Shown: piece by piece, positions 56,989-64,000 of the stretch | Layout of the letters: every line of letters begins with the position of its first letter | Position numbering within the stretch: position 1 is the stretch's first letter | Assembly: GCA_026396615.1 (NCBI GenBank) | Contig: JAPLWK010000008.1 | Location: forward strand, 75,817 to 139,816 | From: a candidate division WWE3 bacterium | Lineage (GTDB): Bacteria; Patescibacteriota; WWE3; JAPLWK01 | DNA length: 64,000 bases | Reading direction: 5' to 3' | Position numbers and translations under genes: made by a program | The notes under the pieces: model-generated | The model's database searches: none | Seen by the model: the letters and a program-made list of their open reading frames with translations, nothing else | Told to the model about the DNA's origin: nothing

Positions 56989-58403
56989 AGATTAGGCTTG
57001 CTGACGAAGTTTAACGTTGGTAAGAGCCTCCCATCAGCAATTACTTCCATTGTAGCAAACTTGCTCCCCGGGAGGCTCGCGGTGACCCGATATTTGCCGT
57101 TAGGGAGCGGGGTGGAGACTACGAATTCTCCTAAATCATTGGTTTTAAGGGCTCTTAAGGGGTCGCCGGTGTCATCTTTAACGATAATAATAACGCCTTG
57201 AATCAGTTTTCCCAAACTATCTTTAACAACGCCATTTATTACATTAGGGCTGGCAGTGAGAGAGCGGCTTTTGTCGATTTTTGGCTCTTCCAATATTTCC
57301 TGGGCGGCATTACCCATTGTAGGTTGAATAGGTACGATAGGTTTGATAGGTGTTATAGGTGTATTGATCGGTGGGTTGGTTCTTAAAGCGGCTAGGTTTT
57401 GTTTCATTTCTTCAAATTCGGCTGCGATTTGTTTTTTTTTAGTTTTCTCGTCTTCTTTAACCTTTAATTCCGCCGCTTCGGCAGCCTTAGTCTCCATTTC
57501 CAGTTTTTTAAGTTCCGCGGTTAGGAGTGGCGGGACTTCATCGACCGTTTTTGGGGCCGGCACCATCGTTGGCATTTGAACGGGACTGTTAAAACCCCGT
57601 TTTTCCCTAATTTTAGTCACCAATTTTTCTAAATTTGTGACTTGTTCGGTAATACTGGCCTCCTGGGGTTTAGTTGTAACCTCGTCATTATTAGGAAGGG
57701 ACGCACCATAAACACTTTTAGCCGGAATATTCATTTGAGTTTGGGTATCTTCAATCTTTAAGGCGCGACCGGCATTACCTTCGGGAGTTACGGTCACTTC
57801 CGGTGGGGTTTCAATAGTCGTTGTGGTTGTCGTCGGAGCGGTCGTTGTTAAATTACCGGGTACTGAAACATTAAAATTTAAATGTTCTAAGTAAAGTTCT
57901 TCGGCGAGATCGAATTTATTTTTAGGTTTATTACTTTGGGCTGCTCCCAGATAAGTCATTAAACGGGCCCGAGAGTTGGCGGGAGCAATTATTAGCGCTT
58001 CATTTTTAAGGGCGGAGGCGTAATCAGCCAGTAGAAATTTAGGCGCCAGTGGCTCTTTTTTCCAGGCCCGCAAGGTCGGACTACTTATTGCTTTCCAAAA
58101 ATTACGAATCCAAACATCCAGACCCCGATTTTCAAAAGGCACGAACGCAAAAGCCAAGCCTCCCAAACTAATAAGAGCAACAAGCGGCCACTTAAAAATA
58201 AATACCAGATGTGAAGAGTACACTGCATAGGCACCAACTACCCCTGTCGCGGCATATACGAATTGGCGGACTGTCATCGAGCCAATCAACTTAAATTCCA
58301 CACTCATGATGTTCTGGGGAACGGGGTGCTGTTTACTGGATGAAAAGTCGGTGGTTGGTAGTGGCATCGACCCTATTATAGTAGAATGCAACCATAAATA
58401 CAC
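56985..58403 (-). CDS. PrgI-like (VirB3-analog) two-TM N-terminal domain fused to Pro/Thr-rich linker, coiled coil and C-terminal Ig-like/carboxypeptidase-regulatory-like domain
   Basis: N-terminal KLIGSMTVRQFVYAATGVVGAYAVY...WPLVALISLGGLAFAFVPFENRGLDVWIRNFWKAI. The C-terminus is VKDSLGKLIQGVIIIVKDDTGD...NGKYRVTAS. It overlaps the VirB4 N-domain ORF by 4 nt. Confidence 0.4.
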   Translation of the reverse strand: MYLWLHSTIIGSMPLPTTDFSSSKQHPVPQNIMSVEFKLIGSMTVRQFVYAATGVVGAYAVYSSHLVFIFKWPLVALISLGGLAFAFVPFENRGLDVWIRNFWKAISSPTLRAWKKEPLAPKFLLADYASALKNEALIIAPANSRARLMTYLGAAQSNKPKNKFDLAEELYLEHLNFNVSVPGNLTTTAPTTTTTTIETPPEVTVTPEGNAGRALKIEDTQTQMNIPAKSVYGASLPNNDEVTTKPQEASITEQVTNLEKLVTKIREKRGFNSPVQMPTMVPAPKTVDEVPPLLTAELKKLEMETKAAEAAELKVKEDEKTKKKQIAAEFEEMKQNLAALRTNPPINTPITPIKPIVPIQPTMGNAAQEILEEPKIDKSRSLTASPNVINGVVKDSLGKLIQGVIIIVKDDTGDPLRALKTNDLGEFVVSTPLPNGKYRVTASLPGSKFATMEVIADGRLLPTLNFVSKPNL

Positions 58404-58405
58404 AT

Positions 58406-58504
58406 GTCATTCCGGCCCCGGAGCCGGAATCTAGTAACAGATCAAAATTATAAATTAAAAATTTATTGTATATTTACTGGATTCCGGGTCAAGCCCGGAA
58501 TGAC
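58406..58504. mobile_element. MITE-like composite. It consists of hairpin repeat type B (58406-58438, + orientation), a 35-bp AT-rich spacer, and hairpin repeat type A (58474-58504, inverted)
   Basis: Located between the dnaJ stop and the PrgI-like start. The dnaJ stop codon lies inside the right-hand repeat. Confidence 0.4.
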
Positions 58505-59430
58505 TAGTGGGTTTGTTTTTGAAGTTCCTCTAATATTCTTTTCTCATCGCGGCTTAGTTTTTTAGGTATTTCGACGAGGATGCGAACAAAAAGGTCACCG
58601 CGGCCTCTTCCATGTAAATGAGTTAAACCTCGGCCCTTAACTCTAAAGTCCGTTCCAAACTGAGTACCACTGGGGATTTTTAGTTTTATATTTTCAACCC
58701 CAACTTCTTTGCGGTCGCTTAAAGCTGGGACTTCGACTTCACCGCCTAAAGCGGCAGTCGTAAAGCTGATGGTCTTTAAAGTGTACAGGTCATCTCGTTC
58801 CCTAGAGAATCTGGCGTCAGGAACGACACGAATCGTTAGCAGCAAATCTCCAGCCGGCGTCCCCGCCGGTCCGGCTTCTCCTTCGCCGGTAAACTTCATT
58901 TGGGCCCCATCATAAATACCGGCTGGAATTTTAATTTTCAGTTTTTTACCTTCAAAGTTTATGTCTTGTTCGTCTCCGTAGGCAGCGGCTAGGAAATTAA
59001 TTCCAATTTGATAATGTTTGTCGCGACCCTTGCGACTGCGACCGTAGCCGCCACCAAAGAAAGATTCAAAAATATCACCCATGCCCCCTTGCCCAAATAG
59101 ATCCCCTAAATCAATGCCTTCACCATTTGTTGAATACGTGTAGCTAAACGGTCCGCCGCCGGCAAAGGGATTACCACCATTCCCGGCTCCCGCGCCGGTC
59201 CCCGCGCCAAAGGCGTCGTGGCCAAACTGGTCGTAGGCCTTGCGCTTTTCGGGATTGGAAAGGACCTGGTAGGCTTCATTGATTTCTTTAAAGCGCTCCT
59301 CGGCGCCGGCGGTCTTATCTATATCCGGATGATGTTTCCGGGCCGCCTCACGAAAAGCCTTTTTTAAGTCGTCTTCCGATGATCCCTTAGGCACTCCCAA
59401 AACTTCATAATAGTCTCTTTTAGTTGACAT
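58504..59430 (-). CDS. dnaJ: DnaJ-family co-chaperone lacking the zinc-finger domain (CbpA/type II-like)
   Basis: J domain DYYEVLGVPKGSSEDDLKKAFREAARKHHPDIDK with HPD, a G/F-rich region, and C-terminal substrate-binding domains. No CxxCxGxG repeats. Confidence 0.8.
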   Translation of the reverse strand: MSTKRDYYEVLGVPKGSSEDDLKKAFREAARKHHPDIDKTAGAEERFKEINEAYQVLSNPEKRKAYDQFGHDAFGAGTGAGAGNGGNPFAGGGPFSYTYSTNGEGIDLGDLFGQGGMGDIFESFFGGGYGRSRKGRDKHYQIGINFLAAAYGDEQDINFEGKKLKIKIPAGIYDGAQMKFTGEGEAGPAGTPAGDLLLTIRVVPDARFSRERDDLYTLKTISFTTAALGGEVEVPALSDRKEVGVENIKLKIPSGTQFGTDFRVKGRGLTHLHGRGRGDLFVRILVEIPKKLSRDEKRILEELQKQTH

Positions 59431-59479
59431 AGCAGTTGAATATTAGCATTCTTTGGCAGAAAACGTATGGGTCTGATGA

Positions 59480-59665
59480 TTACTTTCTTTTGAGTGTCTT
59501 TAAGAAGACATAGAGGCTAATAGGAAGAATTAACAATGGCAGTAATGCTGCGGGGATTCCCAGATTAAGCCGGTTATTTGCAAATATAGCAACAAATACA
59601 ATCGCCGTGTAAGTAATTGTAAAGATAATAATTGAAATTACTGGGATCTTCATAATAAATAACAC
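59480..59665 (-). CDS. small hydrophobic protein (61 aa, two TM)
   Basis: ORF only, situated between dnaK and dnaJ. Confidence 0.2.
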   Translation of the reverse strand: MLFIMKIPVISIIIFTITYTAIVFVAIFANNRLNLGIPAALLPLLILPISLYVFLKTLKRK

Positions 59666-59696
59666 ACCTGCTCAATTGATTTCATAGTCCCTCACG

Positions 59697-59909
59697 TTAA
59701 ACTTTCCTTAAAGTAATTTCTTCTGGTGTTACCTTAAGTATATCAAATTTTGAATTAGCCACATAGATAGTTTTAGTCTCTAGTGGGTAAAATAGTGCAA
59801 GATTGTACGATCCTACAACTATTGAAAATGATTGACTAGTCGGCATTCCTGAATAGGTAAATCCTGAGTAAGATTTACCTATTTTAATTGTTATTTCCTC
59901 CTGATTCAT
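59697..59909 (-). CDS. small hypothetical protein (70 aa) whose ATG overlaps the dnaK TGA (ATGA)
   Basis: Translational coupling geometry. No recognizable domain. Confidence 0.3.
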   Translation of the reverse strand: MNQEEITIKIGKSYSGFTYSGMPTSQSFSIVVGSYNLALFYPLETKTIYVANSKFDILKVTPEEITLRKV

Positions 59910-61807
59910 GAAACCACCTCGCCTTCTTTAACTTCACCTGTTCCCTGTGGTCCTGGTTGTCCACCAGCTGGCGGAGGAGTTTGTGGACCTTTGTCGCCGG
60001 CTTGTGGTGAGCCTTTCGAACCATACATCGCTTCGCCGATTTTTTGGACGGCGAGAGATAATTCTTGGGTCTTGGCTTTTAGGTCAGCGACGGACGCAGT
60101 ATTTAAGATTTCTCGCAGAGATTTAACTTTATCTTCAATGTCTTTCTTCACATCGGCCGCGACCTTGTCTCCCGCGTCCCGCAGGGATTTTTCGGCAGTA
60201 TAGCAGAGGTTGTCGGCTTGATTGCGGGCTTCGGCTTGCTCTTTTTTAGCAGCGTCCTCAGCGGCGTGGGCGGCGGCTTCGCTAACCATCCGTTCCACTT
60301 CTTTTTTGTCGAGCCCAGTGCCACCTTGAACAGTGATTTTTTGAGATTTATTAGTGGCTTTATCTTTAGCGGTCACGTTTAAAATGCCGTTAGCATCAAC
60401 GTCAAAAGTCACCTCGACTTGCGGCACTCCTCTTGGCGCGGTTGGAATTCCGTCTAGCATAAATCTACCTAGTGATTTATTGTCGGCCGCGAATTCCCGC
60501 TCGCCTTGCAACACGTTGACTTCGACTGAGGTCTGATTATCAGCAGCGGTGCTGAAGACTTGGTTAGCGGAAGTTGGAATGGTCGTATTTCTCTTAATAA
60601 GTGGTGTCGAAATGCCACCCAGCGTTTCAATACCCAATGTCAAAGGCGTGACATCTAAAAGCAGAATGTCTTTCACATCGCCACCAAGAACTCCGCCCTG
60701 AATAGCAGCCCCGACGGCGACGACTTCATCGGGATTGACGCTCTTGTTGGGTTCTTTACCGAAGTATGCCTTGACGGTCTCCACGACCTTAGGCATTCTC
60801 GTCATTCCGCCAACCAAAACGACTTCATTGATGTCATTTACAGTGAGACCGGCATCACTCAAAGCTTTTTTAGTTGGTTCCATGGTGGCATCGATTAAGT
60901 CGGCGACCAGTTGTTCCAGTTTGGAACGGCTAATTTTAACGCTCAAATGCTTTGGGCCTGTCGCATCAGCGGTAATAAAGGGAATGTTAATTTCGGTTTC
61001 TAAACTTGCGGAAAGCTCAATTTTGGCCCGTTCGGCGGCGTCTTTTAGGCGTTGCAAGGCTTGACGGTCACTACTTAAATCAACGCCCTGCTCTTGCTTA
61101 AAAGTATCAATCAGCCACTTAATAATCCGTTGATCAAAATCGTCACCGCCGAGGCGGGTATTACCATTGGTCGCTTTAACTTCAAACACACCATCGCCAA
61201 TTTCTAAAATCGAGATATCAAAAGTGCCGCCGCCTAAATCATAAACGGCGATCTTTTCGCTTTTCTTCTTGTCTAAACCATAGGCTAAAGCGGAAGCGGT
61301 TGGTTCGTTAATAATTCGCTTGACGTCAAAACCGGCAATCTGACCGGCTTCTTTGGTAGCATTGCGTTGGCTGTCATCAAAATAAGCGGGCACGGTAATC
61401 ACGGCTTCGGTAATCTTTTGCCCCAAAAAGGCTTCTGCGTCGGCTTTCATTTTAGCGAGAATCTGAGCGGAGATTTCTTGCGGAGTATAAGTCTTCCCTT
61501 CGATTTCAACGACCGCCAGGCCGTTAACCCCTTCCACAATCTTATAAGGGTAAGTTTTAGCTAACTCTTGAACAACCGGGTCTGAATATTTTTTCCCCAT
61601 TAATCGTTTTATAGAAAAAACGGTATTTTTAGGATTCACAATTTGCTGCCGTTTAGCAGGAACACCAACGACGTTCTTATCAACCGTCACTACCGATGGT
61701 GTAGTATTGCCGCCTTCGGCGTTGTGGATAACTTTGGGGGTGCCCCCTTCCATCACAGCCATGCAGGAGTTAGTGGTTCCGAGATCGATCCCAAGAATTT
61801 TAGACAT
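59906..61807 (-). CDS. dnaK: molecular chaperone DnaK (Hsp70)
   Basis: [26 protein letters not shown], and [23 protein letters not shown] 9 nt upstream of the chosen ATG. The longer ORF start at 61837 overlaps grpE and was rejected. Confidence 0.9.
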   Translation of the reverse strand: MSKILGIDLGTTNSCMAVMEGGTPKVIHNAEGGNTTPSVVTVDKNVVGVPAKRQQIVNPKNTVFSIKRLMGKKYSDPVVQELAKTYPYKIVEGVNGLAVVEIEGKTYTPQEISAQILAKMKADAEAFLGQKITEAVITVPAYFDDSQRNATKEAGQIAGFDVKRIINEPTASALAYGLDKKKSEKIAVYDLGGGTFDISILEIGDGVFEVKATNGNTRLGGDDFDQRIIKWLIDTFKQEQGVDLSSDRQALQRLKDAAERAKIELSASLETEINIPFITADATGPKHLSVKISRSKLEQLVADLIDATMEPTKKALSDAGLTVNDINEVVLVGGMTRMPKVVETVKAYFGKEPNKSVNPDEVVAVGAAIQGGVLGGDVKDILLLDVTPLTLGIETLGGISTPLIKRNTTIPTSANQVFSTAADNQTSVEVNVLQGEREFAADNKSLGRFMLDGIPTAPRGVPQVEVTFDVDANGILNVTAKDKATNKSQKITVQGGTGLDKKEVERMVSEAAAHAAEDAAKKEQAEARNQADNLCYTAEKSLRDAGDKVAADVKKDIEDKVKSLREILNTASVADLKAKTQELSLAVQKIGEAMYGSKGSPQAGDKGPQTPPPAGGQPGPQGTGEVKEGEVVS

Positions 61808-61811
61808 AATT

Positions 61812-62231
61812 TTAAATACCTCCTTTAGTATTTCCAACCTTAACTTTAGCGGCTCTTAATATTTTATCACCAATTAAATAACCCTTGGACCCAATTGCCA
61901 CAACTTCATTTTCGGGGCCATCAACCATTTCCAAGGCTTCCATTGTAGCAGCATCAAACTTTTTTCCCAGGCTTTCCATTTCGGCAACACCAAAATCTTT
62001 TAAAACGTCGACAAATTTCTTGGTGGCTAACGTTAATCCCTCATCTTTTACATGATTCGCGGCGGCTTCCACCGCATCCAAAACCGGCAGCAATTCCGAA
62101 AGCAAAAAAGTATTGGCCATGGACGCGAAAGCTTGACGCTCTTCCAGCGTTCGTCTTTCCAAATTGCGATAATCAGCGACAGCCCGCTTCCAATTATTTT
62201 CTAGTTCATTACAGCGATCTTCCAGTGACAT
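61812..62231 (-). CDS. grpE: nucleotide exchange factor GrpE (short)
   Basis: [14 protein letters not shown]...LLPVLD and the C-terminal beta domain [11 protein letters not shown]. Confidence 0.8.
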   Translation of the reverse strand: MSLEDRCNELENNWKRAVADYRNLERRTLEERQAFASMANTFLLSELLPVLDAVEAAANHVKDEGLTLATKKFVDVLKDFGVAEMESLGKKFDAATMEALEMVDGPENEVVAIGSKGYLIGDKILRAAKVKVGNTKGGI

Positions 62232-62235
62232 AAGA

Positions 62236-62967
62236 CTACCAGGCTCCTCCCAAGTCGCTTAGCAAATTGTTAATGTGGCGAACGGCCGGAATGATTTGAT
62301 TATAGTGCATCCGACTCGGTCCTAAAATCCCGGCCACGCCTTCAAATTTACCATTTTTAAAATTGGCGACCACTAAGCTGCAAGCGGCCAGTTTTTCTTC
62401 ACCGATTTCGGAGCCAAAATACACTCTCACCTCTGGATTATCTTTGCCCATATTTACAATTTTAAGTAGTGATTCTGATTTATTCATGAGACGTAAAGCG
62501 GCCTGGGCGACATCGATGTCAAAAAACTCGGCGTTTTCGAGAAGATGATCGGCCCCGGAATGGAAAATATAGCCGTTAGTCGTGACTACCACACCCAGAC
62601 TTTGAGTGGTATCGGCCAGGGCGTGAGAGGCGGTGTAAAAGAGTTTAACGGCCTCTTCCCGCTCCTGCCACAGGCGTTGCTTTAGAGCCACTTCTTGCAG
62701 AATAGGCAATTCTTCTTTAGTGACTAGATGTTCTAAGTAGTAGCGCCAACCAAGGCTAGTGGGGGCGCGGCCGGCTGAAGAGTGCGGCTGGCTAAGATAG
62801 CCTTTTTCGCTGAGAGATACCATTTCGTTACGAACGGTAGCGGGGCTCACTTTCATTTGGGTTTTCTCGACCAGATTTTGAGAACCGACCGGTTCGCTGG
62901 ATTCGATGTACTCTTCGATAATGGCTTTTAGAAGTTGAGATTGGCGATCGCTTAAATCAGGAGTCAT
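62236..62967 (-). CDS. hrcA: heat-inducible transcription repressor HrcA (short form)
   Basis: LSDRQSQLLKAIIEEYIESSEPVGSQNLVEK...VSPATVRNEM is the HrcA winged-helix N-terminus. Operon position before grpE-dnaK. Confidence 0.75.
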   Translation of the reverse strand: MTPDLSDRQSQLLKAIIEEYIESSEPVGSQNLVEKTQMKVSPATVRNEMVSLSEKGYLSQPHSSAGRAPTSLGWRYYLEHLVTKEELPILQEVALKQRLWQEREEAVKLFYTASHALADTTQSLGVVVTTNGYIFHSGADHLLENAEFFDIDVAQAALRLMNKSESLLKIVNMGKDNPEVRVYFGSEIGEEKLAACSLVVANFKNGKFEGVAGILGPSRMHYNQIIPAVRHINNLLSDLGGAW

Positions 62968-62972
62968 ATTGC

Positions 62973-63008
62973 TTAGCAATAATAGCGTAAGAGTGATAAA
63001 ATTGTCAA
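62973..63008 (-). promoter_or_regulatory. hrcA promoter (TTGACA-18 nt-TATTAT on minus strand) with an embedded degenerate CIRCE-like inverted repeat (TTATCACTC-N9-TATTGCTAA)
   Basis: -35 and -10 read on the minus strand. The -10 is only about 11 nt from the ATG, giving a near-leaderless transcript. The ksgA ATG (63010) is 2 nt from the -35 on the other strand. Confidence 0.35.
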
Positions 63009-63009
63009 G

Positions 63010-63783
63010 ATGCCATTAAAAAAATCACTGGGCCAAAACTTTTTAATTGATAACTTAGTAATTTGGGACCTGCTAGATGCGATTGATGTCCGGTCAAACG
63101 ACGTTCTCCTGGAGGTAGGAGCCGGTTCCGGGGCCGTCACTACTGAGCTGGCCGGTCGAGCAGCTAAAGTATACGCGGTCGAATTTGATGAAGACTTGAT
63201 TCCAGAGTTGACCTCAAACTTAGAGCAATTTTCCAATGTTGACATTGTTCCGGCCGATATTTTACGCTTTCTAGAAGATTATGACCACGTCAAATCTCTG
63301 GGGATTACTAAAATCGTGGGCTCCATTCCCTACCAAATCACTTCGCCTTTAATACACCTGGCTTTAAAATATAATTATCCGGTCATCTTCGTGGTCCAAA
63401 AAGAAATGGCGGAAAGACTAACCGCTAAGCCGCCAAAAGCAAATTATTTGTCGACTTTTGTGAGTCTGTGGGGTCAAGCCGAGATAGTTCGAACCATTGA
63501 TCGGAATTCTTTCAATCCGGTGCCGGGTGTCGACAGTGCGATCTTGAAAATCGTTCCGCATCCGGTCGTCTCTTCGGTTGACCCGGTCGCTTTCTCTAAG
63601 TTTTTGCACAAAGGTTTTAGTAATCCTCGCAAGATGCTGAACAAAGTGTTTAATAAAGATTTATTAACGTCCTTAGATATTGATCCGATGCGCCGAGCAG
63701 AGACGTTGACTCTTTCGGAATGGTTAAAACTTTTTGATATCGAAATCGGAACGAGGGCTGAGCATGCTCAGCCCCTACAATAA
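63010..63783 (+). CDS. rsmA: 16S rRNA (adenine1518/1519-N6)-dimethyltransferase KsgA/RsmA
   Basis: KSLGQNFLID, VLEVGAGSGAVT, and IVGSIPYQITSP are all KsgA signatures. Confidence 0.9.
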   Translation: MPLKKSLGQNFLIDNLVIWDLLDAIDVRSNDVLLEVGAGSGAVTTELAGRAAKVYAVEFDEDLIPELTSNLEQFSNVDIVPADILRFLEDYDHVKSLGITKIVGSIPYQITSPLIHLALKYNYPVIFVVQKEMAERLTAKPPKANYLSTFVSLWGQAEIVRTIDRNSFNPVPGVDSAILKIVPHPVVSSVDPVAFSKFLHKGFSNPRKMLNKVFNKDLLTSLDIDPMRRAETLTLSEWLKLFDIEIGTRAEHAQPLQ

Positions 63784-63834
63784 TCTGTAGAAGGCCTTCT
63801 GAAGATTCCGCGTAGGGGCGCAGCATGCTGCGCC
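63755..63834. terminator. cluster of four palindromes at the ksgA 3' end: GGGCTGAGCATGCTCAGCCC, CTACA-ataatc-TGTAG, AGAAGGCCTTCT, and GGCGCAGCATGCTGCGCC
   Basis: Read directly from the sequence. Two have the GCATGC apex also seen at 21404, 32049 and 49703. The GTAGGGGC motif is adjacent. Confidence 0.4.
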
Positions 63835-63881
63835 TTCGGCGACTCACACAACCCAATTCCCCACCAGTTACCCGATAGTAT

Positions 63882-63910
63882 TTGACTTTTCCTTGGTTTT
63901 GGGCTATAAT
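63882..63910 (+). promoter_or_regulatory. sigma70-like promoter TTGACT-17 nt-TATAAT
   Basis: Precedes the RBS AAGGAGGG and the ATG at 63963. Confidence 0.45.
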
Positions 63911-63962
63911 ATAAGGACAAATAAGTTAGTTACAGATTTCTGGTCCCCAAAAGGAGGGAGCC

Positions 63963-64000
63963 ATGTCAACAGGTATAACGATACCGGACGAGATGTCACA
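63963..64000 (+). CDS. 5' end of an unidentified CDS (MSTGITIPDEMS...), truncated by the window edge
   Basis: ATG preceded by a promoter and RBS. Only 12 codons are visible. Confidence 0.3.
   Translation, partial: MSTGITIPDEMS

Noticed and set aside
61808-61837. Longer dnaK start ([15 protein letters not shown]) overlapping grpE
   Set aside because: The Hsp70 N-terminus is [14 protein letters not shown], and a perfect RBS precedes that internal ATG.

Overview
The window is a gene-dense (about 90% coding) chromosomal segment read under the standard genetic code. Its gene content suggests a small-genome, probably CPR/Patescibacteria-like (Saccharibacteria-like) bacterium: a short IF-2, many small TrbC/VirB2-like proteins, and Gram-positive-type T4SS parts. 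This assignment is an inference; no rRNA is present to confirm it.

Housekeeping content:
- Replication-origin neighbourhood: rpmH-rnpA-yidD-yidC-jag-dnaN on the minus strand, divergent from dnaA, with DnaA boxes downstream of dnaA.
- Conserved operons: nusA-ylxR-infB, rpsO-pnp(-speH), dnaG-rpoD, and hrcA-grpE-dnaK-[2 small ORFs]-dnaJ.
- Other identified genes: recF, mutM/fpg, smpB, ksgA, tpiA, comFC.
- RNA genes: tRNA-Ser(GCT), tRNA-Ser(CGA), tRNA-Arg(GCG), and a complete tmRNA (ssrA) with a consensus sigma70 promoter.

Accessory content:
- A cell-surface/secretion island at about 13.6-27 kb. It holds six tandem TrbC/VirB2-like pilin paralogs. One is fused to a Cys-rich ectodomain, and one is a frameshifted near-identical duplicate.
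- Also in the island are a 1135-aa Cys-rich secreted protein with a C-terminal lytic-transglycosylase (SLT) domain, a secreted paralog of its N-terminus, a 1178-aa protein with a C-terminal M23 peptidase domain, and ComFC.
- A separate PrgI-like/VirB4 (Gram-positive TraE/PrgJ-type) operon at 54.4-58.4 kb, in which VirB4 is split by an in-frame TAA.
- Envelope-glycan genes: GT4, two SAM-methyltransferases, GT-C-like membrane proteins, an O-antigen-ligase-like protein, LCP, and a solute-binding protein.

The non-coding signal I consider most interesting is a very dense family (15 copies in 64 kb) of a ~32-bp hairpin repeat with the consensus GTCATTCCGG-[GCTTGAC or CCCCGGAGC]-CCGGAATCCAGTAAC. It occurs solo at gene 3' ends and as inverted pairs forming MITE-like composites (internal cargo 0-145 bp). 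One copy carries fully compensatory stem mutations, and some copies are read through as coding C-terminal tails. Further repeat families are present: a ~135-bp palindromic element (two copies), GC hairpins with a GCATGC apex, and GTAGGGGCG-anchored hairpins. No CRISPR array, prophage core genes, integrase or rRNA genes were seen.
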